Of a DNA stretch of 64,000 bases, positions 1-12,600 are shown one piece after another. The stretch covers positions 62,001 through 126,000 of the forward strand of contig NGBS01000598.1 of the NCBI GenBank assembly GCA_002245135.1. Direction: 5' to 3'. Under the pieces are notes generated by a model. That model worked only from the letters and a program-made list of their open reading frames with translations. It made no database searches and had not been told where the DNA came from. Both the position numbers and the translations under genes were made by a program. The DNA is from Proteromonas lacertae (Eukaryota). Within the stretch, counting starts at the first letter, position 1. Each line of letters starts with the position of its first letter.

Positions 1-52
1 GTTGAAAAACAATAAAACGAATAAAAAAGAAACGCATATAATTTTATAAAAT

Positions 53-1322
53 TTAGAATTTTGTTCTTATTCTCTTTCTATTGACCTATTTGTTATGATA
101 ATATAATATAATCAATACTTGATGAATTGGATCTTGAATTATGCTGGTCTTATTTCCAAAAACTGGTCCAATCTGACTATCTTGAGATAATAACAATCCA
201 TCCTCAGCTGGAATATCTCTTTTCATTGGTGCTATTTTATCATCTAAATTATCTGGTTTATAGATTCTTTTTCTTGTCAAATTCTTATTAGAAGTGAAGT
301 ATTCCTTCTATATAAATAGTATATTAATAATAATAATAATAATATACAACAGGAGTGATTCCAGGTTTGGTAATATTATCAGGTGTTCCTACTCCATATT
401 TCTTCATTTCCTCTGCCTTTTGTTCAGCTATTCTCTTAAATGGTGTATTTCCATTTTGTACATTTTGTCCTTGAATATTCTTATTGGGAGTTTCACTAAT
501 TACTTTAATTGTACTTTCACCAGTTAAGTAGTTTTTTATAGTAATTAATTTTCTGCTTATTTCATCTGAATATACGACTTCTTTACCATATCTCGAGGAA
601 AGAGATGATGTACTTAATAAAAATCCATCATTTATTAAAGTATCAAAAACACCTTTCATTGCCTAGAATATAATTTACATTAAATTATTTTTTATACATT
701 ATAATTACTTCCTAATAGTTTAGATAATTGTAACATTGTGATATTCTTTATATTATTATTATGAATAGTGATTATTGCTTCACAACATCTAAATATATAA
801 ATATATATATTTTATACAATTTCTTGTTTTTATCATTCATATTCTCATTATGTATGAAATCTACATCTAATGGTTCATTGTTCTTATTTATTGAATATTG
901 TTGTTGTTGTTGTTGTTGTACCATTATTGGTTGAGATAATTCATCATATTGAGTTTCGGCATCTTCATTATCATTGATATTCACTATTTCCATTTGTTTA
1001 TTATTATTATTATCATCATTTATCTTTGTTTCGTTTTCTTTCTTATCTTCATTCTTCTTATTATTATTATTGTTGTTGTTATCTTTCTCTTTATCATTGA
1101 TGAATGAATCTAGTGTTCTTATTCTTACTGATATATTATGATATGGCTATAATAGTAATTAATAATTCAATATCAAAATATACTGTTTCCAGTTTACCAA
1201 TATCCACTTTCAATGGTTTATCTTCAAACTCTATCTTCATATCATCACATTCACTAGCATCTACAAAGAATTTTGGTTGATAATCGGAAGGCTATATATA
1301 TTATAATAACATATAAAATATA

Positions 1323-1360
<38 letters not shown>

Positions 1361-2065
1361 TGTAATATCATCATAATAGAATAATTTCATATTAATCCAT
1401 CTATCGTTAGGTAATGGTTCTAATGTGCTACACATGGTGATTAAAGTTCTTATCATCACAACAGCTTGATTACGGATAGAGTCAGCTGTAAAGTTGATAG
1501 ATTTATTACCTCCTCCTGATGATATACATTCAACTTCACATTCTTCTTTTGCTGGGTAGGTAACTTTGTAATTGTATGCTTCAATTAATTTACCATCCTT
1601 ACATTCATCATTGGCAGTGTAAATAGCAAACACTATCGCTCTTAAGTAATGTTTGTCTAATGCGTCGAATACACCTTCCTCTATCCATTTAGTAAGCTAT
1701 AGTAATTAAATTGACTAAGAATAGTACGATCCAAGCATCTTTGTTGAGAATGACAGGTTTTTCATCTCCAGATTTCTTCTCGATTGGATGTAATGTGTTG
1801 ATTTTTACACCGGCATACTGTTTTTCTTGGAAGCATCCAGCTAGGACAAGATTATTGATGTAAGAATACTGTCGAATACGTTTCTCAAATAGCAGATTTC
1901 ACTAATCTAATCATATGTAATAGGACTGTGTAAATATACTGATGTTCTGAGCATATTCTTAACTACTGCAAGCTAATTATGCATTATGATAAATATTTAA
2001 GGTACTGATTGAGTCTTGCTGATAATCTGAGTACGTTGTGCCATAGCAACTCCTGTTGAAGACAT
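53..2065 (-). CDS. HOP1: HORMA-domain meiotic axis protein (Hop1/HORMAD-like), multi-exon
   Basis: Spliced reading from ATG 2065 gives ISEICYLRNVF, WIEEGVFDALDKHYL, LIEAYNYKVTYP, IRTLITMCSTLEPLPNDRWINMKLFYYD and DYQPKFF, all HORMA hallmarks. Short GT-AG introns; last exon 85-53 ends in TAA. C-terminal exon boundaries are approximate. Confidence 0.88.
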
Positions 2066-2108
2066 TGTAGGTATGATAAAAGTGAAATAATAGTTTCTTC
2101 GCAAATAA

Positions 2109-2135
2109 TTTGAAAAGTTTTGGCGCGTAACCAAT
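2109..2135. promoter_or_regulatory. Bidirectional promoter with CHR-like TTTGAA, E2F-like TTTTGGCGCG and CCAAT motifs
   Basis: TTTGAA 2109-2114, TTTTGGCGCG 2118-2127 and CCAAT 2131-2135 lie in the 92-bp gap between two divergent ATGs. Confidence 0.5.
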
Positions 2136-2157
2136 CATTGATCAGATCACTTAGAAT

Positions 2158-2977
2158 ATGACAAATTGCTCAATTATTAACGCATTATTCACTAATTCAG
2201 AGTTAATTAAGAAGTTTGAAAAAGCTGGATACAAAATACGAGTGTCACAGAAGCTAGTAGCTGTAGATTTAACTCAAATCTTACTTTTTGTTTTTAGGAT
2301 ATAATTCTGAGTGGTTCTCCATCAATAGCATTCATCATTATTAATTTAAAATCATATATATTGTCAGAAATTATGAAAAGGTAAAGATTCTTCTTAAAAT
2401 CAATAGAATTTTGCAACAATCCAAGCAATTCCAATACAGTGTAGTAATTATGCAATGCAAGACTGATAGTGATATAAAGAATATCTTAGAAATCCAAAGA
2501 AAGTATAGAATTACTCAAATTAATCTGTTATAGAGTATTTTTATGCAGTTCATATATTCTCATATCCATTTCCAATGACAATACCTTCCAAATCATGGTA
2601 TATTTTTTTATTGATATGCAATATAGACACAACTTAAGTCCATTATTACTAATGACGTTGGAGCTAAGGTAATATTGTTATGGTATATAGTGTAATAGAA
2701 AGATTCGTTAATTAAATACATCACAGAAACATCCACAACAAGAGTAACAGCATCAAATGTGTTAAAAGTAATTCCAGATGTAAAACCTGCTGAAGCTGAC
2801 TTATTAATAGACTCATTAGGATCAATATATAATGTAGTTGATAAAATGAGTGAAGGATTACATCTTTTATCACCAATTTCTGAAATTGCTTCTTGTAGTA
2901 TTCAGAGATTCTTTGAGGAGAATGATAGAGATAATGAAGAGGTTAATGGGGAAGAGATGATGATAAACAATGTTTAA
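2158..2977 (+). CDS. SPO16: SPO16/SCRE/PTD-like ERCC1-family meiotic crossover factor, multi-exon
   Basis: Spliced SELIKKFEKAGYKIRVSQKL..DIILSGSPSIAFIIINLKSYILSEIMKRILQQSKQFQYS resembles the SPO16/C1orf146 N-terminus. IPDVKPAEADLLIDSLGSIYNV..IQRFFE resembles the plant PTD helix-hairpin-helix tail. Confidence 0.65.
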
Positions 2978-3046
2978 AATTAATATGTAATTGAGAAAAA
3001 AATAAAATAAAATAAATTATTAGATATATTATTAAATATATTAAAT

Positions 3047-3786
3047 TCAAAAAGATGGAGGATTATTAAAAGCATTTTCTAACATCTCATCATATTTCTT
3101 CTCCATTTCTTTTATTGATTCAATTTTATCTTTTTTCAGTTTTTCATTATACTCTCTTCCTTTAATGAAATGACAAATGAATTTCTAATCAAAATTATAA
3201 ATAATAAGATAAAATATACTTCTTTTTCTTCTCTTGTAGCTTTCTTTCCTTCACTATCAGCATATGCTTTTTCCCATAAATTAATAGCCTTTGTATATTC
3301 TTCCATTTCATTTTCTATCTTAATTATTGTTGCTTTAGATGTTCTAATATCCCATTTCAATCTCAATAATATTCTTCTTGTCATTTTACCATATTTAATC
3401 CAAGATATCATTCGATACCATACTTGAATCATTCCTGCTGCTTCTTCATTGATTACTGTTTGTAGCATATGGATTTTTATTGAATAACTACGCCAAGCTC
3501 GTTGGATTATTTCTGCTGCTTCATTTTCTAAAACGTATTCCATTTCATTATCACATCTTTGAACATTGAAAAACCATCTTTGGATTGTCAATGCTGCTAG
3601 TTGTCTTTTTATATCTGGAGCTTTTAACCATTTGAGCTCCATAACCTTCCACCATCTTTCAATCTGTAAAACACTTCTCTTCTGTACAGTGTATAATTGA
3701 TCAACATTAACTTCTAATTTCAAATCAGTATTTGGAATTGGGGTTTGATTCTCTAATAAATCCTGTTATATAAACTAAGGTACCAT
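3047..3786 (-). CDS. IQ-motif (calmodulin-binding) protein
   Basis: Repeated IQ motifs (AALTIQRWF, AAEIIQRAWRSY, AAGMIQVWYR); an intron near 3185-3219 leads to TGA at 3047; start inferred across a 21-nt intron. Confidence 0.7.
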
Positions 3787-3902
3787 TTTCTTTCTTTTTA
3801 GTAAAAAATCCCATTAACTTTTTTGATATAGAATGAGAAAAATAGGATAAATGATATTATCAAGCCAAACTCAAATTTCGGTTATTAATAGAATTTTTTA
3901 AA

Positions 3903-4433
3903 ATGCCTTCCTTATCTCTTCTAGCCCTTTCTGGTGAAAAAAGAGAGCGTCTCTTAAAAGATGTATTAATCTACTATTATAGCATAACCATAGTTAATCG
4001 ACTTTTTCACTAAAACAATAGCTGATCGTCTTTTTGCATGGATGGATAAACATACAATAGATTTTGAAGATGGTAAAGAATATAAATTGGAGTATAGTGT
4101 TTATTTTAATAATAATTTAGATACACACAATTATTTGAGCAATTCTCAACTATGTTTGATCAAGGCGTTGATAGTATTATAAATGATAATTATACTGTTT
4201 AAATAGAATTTTTAGCAGAAAAGGATTTAGATTCAAAGGATATAGTTCAGTTTTTAAAAGAATCAAAAGATGGACAGACTGTTGTAGATGTTATATTAAC
4301 AATGTTTGACTTTGAAACATTTGTTTTAGTTATGAGAGGTATATAATAACATTATTAATTATATATAGACCCTGCAAAACAAAGATATCTTCACAATGTA
4401 GTTAATTCCTATTCAGATTTATTAGGTAAATAA
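3903..4433 (+). CDS. BART/ARL2-binding domain protein, multi-exon
   Basis: Spliced WMDKHTIDFEDGKEYKLEYTQLFEQFSTMFD..VDVILTMFDFETFVLVMR matches the ARL2BP/CFAP36 BART pattern; four short introns. Confidence 0.7.
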
Positions 4434-4610
4434 AAATTATTCAAATTAAATATTATATAGTAGAAACATTATTTGACATACTCTTTTTTTTTAATATTTG
4501 CATATGATTTATACCATAATTCATAAGAATAATCAAACACATCAAATATATAAGTTTAAATGCATTTAAATGCTTATATCTTTTTATTTCAATAAACATT
4601 ATAGTATAGT

Positions 4611-5866
4611 ATGGATAAGCTTGAGAATTATTTAGAGATTGTACAGCAGAACCCCATTGCATTAGGTGTAGTTACTTTTGTTATTGCTGTGATTTTAACA
4701 TTTTGTTGTTGCTGTTGTGCACCTCAGAAAGCAAAAGGTAAGAAATCAAAAACTAAATCAAAGAAGAGTGGTGGAAATGCTGGTCCAAAAGCTCAAGCAA
4801 AGTATAAAGCAGCATATGAAACTGTTAAAATATGCAAATATTGCAGAATAAAGATTTGTGACGATTCTGCATGGAAATCACATGTTGTATCAAAGAAACA
4901 TCTTAAAAACACAGATGAGACTGATAAAGACAGATGTTTAGTAGATCCAGATGAATTATTAACTGTATTTTACTAATTATTATTTTCTAGCCTGAAGAAG
5001 TAGAGATACGTATGAAAGTAAGTGAGAAGAAAGAGAAAAGACTGGAAATATTTGGAAAGATAAAGACGCAAGGTGATTCAAGTATAAATCTCTTTTATTA
5101 ATTGTGAATAGAGCTTGTATTGAATAATTTTCTATTGAAATCAGGATCATTAAACTTACTAAGGAATTTTGCAATATATTATTCATTCATTAAACCAAAA
5201 TTAGTAGAACAAATTATGAATTACTTCAATTCATTTAATCCAAAAGCTAAGAATGTAAACATCTTATCCTATGATCCATTCAGTCCAAAACGAGGATATG
5301 GCTTAATTCAAACAGGAACACTAGTAATATCTGATGAACAAAAACAAAAACAACAAAAAGAACAACTGCAGCAAAAGCAGAAGAATCAGAAGAATGATAA
5401 TACTAACAATCCTTACTTCTTACCAGTAGCTAACCAATTATTGAAGAGTTTAATTTCTCAATTACATATTCCGAGTGATATACAGTATAACTGTTGTGAT
5501 ATTTATATGTATAACAATTAATATTATCGTATAGTTGTGAAGAAGGTGGCTTTATACCTCCATTTGAAGTGAATACTGTTCGTTCATTATTTGTATGAAT
5601 ATATTACCATATTTTATACTCTCTATTAGTGTTGCATAGGAGATTGTGTTGAATTAGTCATGGGTAATGATATTGAGACAATCAGTGATGGGGAATATGT
5701 CTGCGATATGGATCTATAGTATTTTCAAAACATTTTACTATTATATAATAGCCTTCCTGATAGATCAGTTATAAGATGTCAAGATGAATTGTCAAACGGT
5801 GTGCAAAGAGCAATTTGCACTGTTGATTCGAAGTTGATCTGCTTTCACTACTATATGAAACAATAA
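4611..5866 (+). CDS. Membrane-anchored C2H2 zinc-finger protein with a possible degenerate AlkB-like 2OG-oxygenase domain
   Basis: N-terminal TM plus poly-Cys, CKYC..HVVSKKH finger; short introns join ORFs 4611 and 5120 to downstream exons (YNCCDIY..EEGGFIPP..PDRSVI). The AlkB similarity is weak. Confidence 0.45.
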
Positions 5867-6148
5867 TTAAGAATTAAACATCTGAGTTCCTTTTGATTGG
5901 GTTGTTAATTTAATCATAAAAACATGATTCAAAACGGCTATTTTTTGTTGTTATTTAAAAAACTCATATGTCGTCATTGAGCAGTTTGATCAACAATCAA
6001 GTGGAACCAGTATAATTTGTTTTAATTTCTGGATAGAGCTACATCAATTGTTTAGGCAATTATTATGTATTGCTCAATAATTATAGTAATTTTAGATTGA
6101 GACTTGTATAAACTTCACAACTAACATCAGAACATTTTTTTCAAGGCA

Positions 6149-9100
6149 ATGCCCGAATGGTCCGATTAGAGTCATCAAACTTTACAAGGTAAACAAGAAT
6201 AAAGATGTATTCTACAACTATGTATAGTTCTAGTCTTTTATATATTTTTATAGTCTAATATAATGCTTAAATTGCAGAGATTGTTGTTAATTCCTTGTGA
6301 TTACGAATGTAAGTTTGTGAGCAATGATACAAGCTATTTATTATCTATGCCAAAGTATGAATACAATTTGGAATTATTTCGTCAAAGCCAATCACCCTCA
6401 ATAGGCGGAATTAACCTTCAAGAGATTTTCAACAACATATCCATCCATATCTTACGAATAATTCGTAGCTATGACATAATTGGCGAAGTACATGGATATT
6501 TACACCCTCGAAACATTTTATTTAACAATTTTCCTACCGAAGAAATCATATTATCTGATTTCAACGGATATATATTTAGAGAACAGTCAGAATTAGATCG
6601 AGAATGGGTAGCACCAGAATTACTATTTGGAAAAGAAGCGACTGCAGCTACAGATGTCTGGATATTTGGTTGTGTATTATACTTTATTGAAAATGGCCAT
6701 TCTCCAATTATAATTACTGGAAATATATATAATGACTTTAAAAATCCAACTATAGAGATGGATAAAGAAGAATATCAACTTCCTTATGATAATCGATATG
6801 GTAGTCACAATGAATTGATTAAGAAAATGATATGTATTGAAGTGAAAGATAGAATATCATTAAATGGAATAGAAAATACTTTAAATACGTTCTCTAAACA
6901 AATTAACAATAGCAACATGTTAATAAGTTATGAAAATAGTAGTATCTATTTAATAGGAAGAAAAAACTTAGCTAATTTTATTTATAATAATTATCCATTC
7001 ACTGTAAATGATTATAATTTACTATCAAATTGTCATCCTGTTTTATTATCTGTTTTAATCAAAGAATTGAATATAAAACCATGTAAAATAATTTACACTA
7101 TGACAATCAAATACTTGTTAGAAAATGAGAAATATTACAATTTTGTAAGGAATAGAACTAAAGAATGTGCATTTAAAGATATTGAGATTAAACACCATAT
7201 AATAGTCATTGGTAATTTGGATGAAGTTTATTTGAACTTGTTGGTAGAAAATATATCAGAATTTGAAGACTTAGATAGTTTATATATAAGAAGTATTTTA
7301 TTATTTTATTTAAATATATATATATATATATATAGATCATATTGGAATTGAATTAGCAAGAATCTTATTTCAGAATATTATGAAATTAAAAAACTTAAAG
7401 AATTTCTATTATCCACTTCATAATATTAAGAGAAAAGAAATGGATTTGTTTTTAATGTCTGTAAAACATTGTAAGATGTTGGAAAGACTCTATTTTGATA
7501 GTATAATATACATAATAATAATTCTTATTATATATATATATATATATATAGATATTATGTTTACTGAATCAAATATTAATAGTTTGTGCTTATGTCTAGA
7601 ATCCGTTAATAATTTGAAAGAGTTGATATTTAAAAGTATTTATTATTTATTATTTATACATTATTATAGCTGTTTCACTCCAAACTAAAGACATGTTGAA
7701 TATATGTAGATATTTCTCATGTATAAATAAGTTAGAATATCTACAAATAAGTGGTATATATTTATATTTATTAAAATAGAAACATCTATTGATGAAGAAG
7801 GTTTTGTTGGATTAACTGAACATTTTTCTTGTATAACAGACTTAAAAGATCTTTGTATTGAATGTATATTTATTTATTTATATAATTTGTTTATAGTATC
7901 TGATATAAATGACATTACAATGCGTTCAATAGGTAATAATCTTCAATACCTTCCCAATCTAAACGATTTACACCTTCCATCCAATCAAATCACAGATAAT
8001 AGGTTATTGATATTATGTCAATATTTTACCAACTTATCAAATCTATCTTATCTCGATTTGAATTATAATTGTTTAAGTTATGAAGTATTAGATAAATGTG
8101 CTGGTTATATAAGTGTTTTGACCAAATTGACTAGTTTAATGTTAATTAATATTGAAGTAAAGAATGTCAATATTGATAGATTTGTAGATTGCATATCAAA
8201 TTTACCACATTTTGATTATATTGATTTAAATAGTATATATTTATACATATAGTTATTTTATAGTCCAAAATGTGGAAATCTTCTACAGATTTATAGTGAA
8301 GAAATTATATTGTATATTTATAAGTTATTCAGACGTTTTATATGGAAATCCATCTTACTTCATTCAACAATATAATAATCATCCAAATAATGACTTACTA
8401 TATGTTATAATCAACGATGTTTTGAATCATTATGAAAATATAAGATATTTAAAACTGTTAAATATTCCATTTAACAAACTAAAACCTCTATTATTTGGAA
8501 TGGTGAATTATAGAAAAAGAAAATTTGTCATTAATATATCACCAGAATGGGATGACAATAATATGAAATTTTACTTTTCAATTCTTCAAGTAGTTATGAT
8601 TAATAGTTTAATAATTACTGGAAAGTTAAAGAGAAATAAACTGTTTGATTTTCCACTTAATAGTTTACAGAACTTTGATTTAGTAGTTAAATCAATATCT
8701 ATTAGTATTATATATATATATATATATATTATTGTTTATTTGTATAGTTGATTTACCAGTTAGTGATCATTTTTTATATGTCTTTTACAATAGTCTTGAT
8801 ACTTATAGATACTTAGAAAGTATAGCTTTAATCAACATCGCTACTTCCACCAACGATCAGATTGAATTACTATGTAATAAAATAAAAAGATTAAAGAAAT
8901 TTATATATACAAATAATGAATTAAATGATGAGCAGTTTATTATTTTATGTAATTCTTTTAAAGATTCTCTAAGGTTGAAATATATAGATGTTAGTTGTAT
9001 ACTTATATTTATTACTATTAATATTTATTTATTTAGATAATGAAATAACTAGTAATGGAATGACAGGATTATCAAAAATGAAGTTAATGTGTTGTTTAAA

Positions 9101-9365
9101 AACATTAAAATTAAATGGAAATAATATAGGAAATGTTGGTTTTGAAGAAGTAGTGAATTTAGTTAAATTCATAGGTCATTTAGATGTTTTAGAAGTATCC
9201 AATACAAATATTAGTGATCAGTCAATTGAAGAATTACTTTTGACTTTTAAATACTCAGTGAAATTTAATGCATTTAATAGACTTGATATAAGTGGTAATG
9301 TATTATCTGATAGTCTAATTATGCAGTGTAAAGATAAATTTGGTGATGATACTGTTATTGTATAA
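6149..9365 (+). CDS. Pseudokinase plus RNI-like LRR protein, multi-exon
   Basis: Kinase motifs VHGYLHPRNIL, LSDFNG, WVAPE and DVWIFGC (HRD and DFG altered), followed by LRR exons (LNDLHLPSNQI, LKTLKLNGNNIG) separated by ~30-nt introns. Confidence 0.8.
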
Positions 9366-9650
9366 AGAAAATAATTAATAAGCTTAGTTATTATCTAGTG
9401 TGTTGTGTTGAGATATAAATTATACAATAACATGAGTTTATCATTCTTTTCTTTTATTCAAAAATATATTCGTTTCATTGATAAACTGGCAAGCCAAATC
9501 AATTTACATTTTTCAATTTAACTAAAACTATTAAATTAACATCTATTTACTGTTAGTAATATGTCTATCAAACTGTAAAAAACCTGACAAAATAATATAA
9601 TACAAAAAAATAATAATATTTCAATTTTATAAATGTTTGACAATCACTTT

Positions 9651-12600
9651 TTATTCTCCTTCTAATATTTTAATATTGAAACTAGATTCATTTACTATTT
9701 CACCAAATTTTGATTGACAATATAAAATTTTAACATCTTCTTTCTGTTGTAATACATTATTAGCAGTAGTAGATGTAGTTACAGATGTAGCTGGAGGAGG
9801 TTGTTCTGGCTGTTGTTGTTGTTGTAATACATTATTAGCAGTAGTAGATGTAGTTACAGATGTAGCTGGAGGAGGTTGTTCTGGCTGTTGCTGTGGTGAT
9901 GGAATAGGTTCTAAAGTATTGTAATGATTTCTATCACAATACAACAGTATAATAGGTTCTTTTGTTGCTTTTGGATTATCAATTCTATTGTAAAATCTCA
10001 CTCCATTTTCTTTGTCATATTCATAAATTATAGCACTTCTTTTATATCTTTCGCAACATGCTTGAATTTCTGTATGACCACCCCATATGTTACTCTTCTC
10101 CATTGCATTTAAATATTCATTATAACTGTTTTGATGTGATTTTAATTCATATTCACCTACAAATCCTCTAAACCTATTTTCATGTTGTCTCATATAATCT
10201 ACACATCTAAAAAAAATATAAATACAAAATATACTCACTTCTAACTCTCATATAAGAGTTTGGATCTTCATACTCTTGCCTACTAATGGAATGAAATAAA
10301 CAATGATTATCACTTTCTTCTACTCTCTCTATATATCCTAATCTAGCTAATTCATCTTTTTTTGCTTTTTCTTCATCTTTCTCTTTTTTCACCTCTTTTA
10401 TATGTATATAGGGATAATCATCATCATCTTCTTCTTCGTTGTCGTTATTATTTTTTTCTTCTGCTGTATAATTATCCTTCTTCAAATGTGATTCATCTTT
10501 ATAATAAGACACTAACACTTTAGGTTCCACAGATGAAGTTATTCCAGATGATTTAGATGAATGATCATTTGATACTACAATATAATACATTTCATTAAAA
10601 TTCATTATTCTTTTCAAACCACTTATACATTCTTTGATTTTATCATCACAATCTAATACTTTTCGATTATCATTAATTACATGAATAAAACAATTATTTA
10701 TCAAATATATCATCTCTTTCTTATCTAGAGTTGCTAAATGAACTAAACAGTATTCTTTGTTGTTAATTGAATATTTATCTCCTTTAAAAAGATCTTTGAA
10801 TGTTTCAAACTCATTATTATCATGAAACTTTTCTACTATCATAGCGTTTCTGTTTTGAAGAGTTAATTTATCTGTATTATATAGACAATTGTACCATACT
10901 AGTTCTTTAAATAATAACAGAAATAATTCATTACTAACATTTTCAATATATAATTTATCGAATGTCTTTTGAATGTCTTTAACTTCATCTTTATTGGCTT
11001 TGTGTTTTATACATTCGAAAATATAATCAAATACTTCATCTGATATGAACTCCATATAATTATTGATTTTATCAAAACATTTAGTTGTTTTGCTTTCATC
11101 TGTATATGGAATAGAGTATTTAACCATATAATGACATAGTGTACTATCAAAAACTGTTTTTCTTTGATTATTTCTTTCTTCATCTTCTTTTTTCTTTTTT
11201 ACATCTTTATCTTCTTCATTTCCATCTTCTTCATTTCCATCTTCTTCATTTCCATCTTCTTCATTTCCATCTTCTTCATTTCCATCTTCTTCATTTCCAT
11301 CTTCTTCATTTCCATCTTCTTCATTTCCATCATCCTCTTTTCCATCATCCTTATTATCTTCATTATCTTCTTCTTCTTCTTTCTTTTCTTCACCATCTTC
11401 ATCTGTGTATGATGGATATAAATATTTCATTAAAAAATCCATATAACCAAGATTACCTACTATTCTTTTTATACCTTTTGTATACATTTTTTCCCAATAA
11501 TTATCTTCATAACATACATCATATATTGAAGCATAATAAATGTGTCTTGGGACATTTCCATATTTCTTGTTAAATTTCTTATCCTTAATTGATTTTCTCA
11601 AAAGTGTTTCTTCATCTGGTTTATTTTTATCTTCACCTGGTAAACATAGTTTTTCCCATTCCTCAATTTCATCATTACTAAATACATCCATATAATAGTA
11701 CTTTCTATTCTTAGTTCTAGTATATTTTTTAAATGATTGATAGTTTTTGTCATCTGGTGATGTAACATATAAGTAAATATTACCATTAGGATCTTTTTCT
11801 TTAACATCATATGAATCACATATCACAATATCATATTTTACAGCACTTACACCATCTTCTATTTTTTCACCATCTAAATAATATTTCTCACAATCTTCAT
11901 CACCTTTTGCTTTTAGTATTGCTACTTCAATTTTATTTCCCTTCATTTCATTTGTATTTAAATCTATAATTCTTTTTAAAAAATAAATAATAAAGGAAGT
12001 CTTTCCACAGCCAGGATTTCCTCTTAGTAAAATATATAAATCTTCCTTATAATCCACTTCATCACCATCTATATCAACTTCATCTCTGCGTTTCTTAATA
12101 TATTCTATCAATTCATTACTTATCTTTTTATAAACATCTCTGACATATACTCTTCTTTCGGGTATTGATAAATTTGACAATTTATTTCTATAGTTTTTTC
12201 ATTTTCATCAGTAAATTCTGGACTTGCATCTCCAAATACTTTACACAGAGTATTAGTAGCTATTATATTATAATTATAATATATATATATACTACTACGT
12301 TTCTTACTATTAGCACTTATATTTTCAAGATATTCTTTTGCATGATTTTTATCAATTTTATCTATTTGTAAATCTATTGTTTCAATATATGTGCTACTTA
12401 ATTCCAGATTTTCTTTAAGGTTCTCCCATTCCTCCTTGACAGTTTTTTCTGTTTCTTTAACCCCATTATTCTCAAGAATTCTATCAAGAATTTTAAAATC
12501 ATGTTTTATTTCTTTTTTTTCAACTTCATCAGGTATAATAACTATTGGCGAAAATGAGATTTCTTTTTCAACTGCACGTAGAGTATCGTTTAACTCTTTG

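Noticed and set aside
11139..11573. His/Leu/Phe repeat ORFs
   Set aside because: Antisense or off-frame shadows of the GNEED minisatellite.
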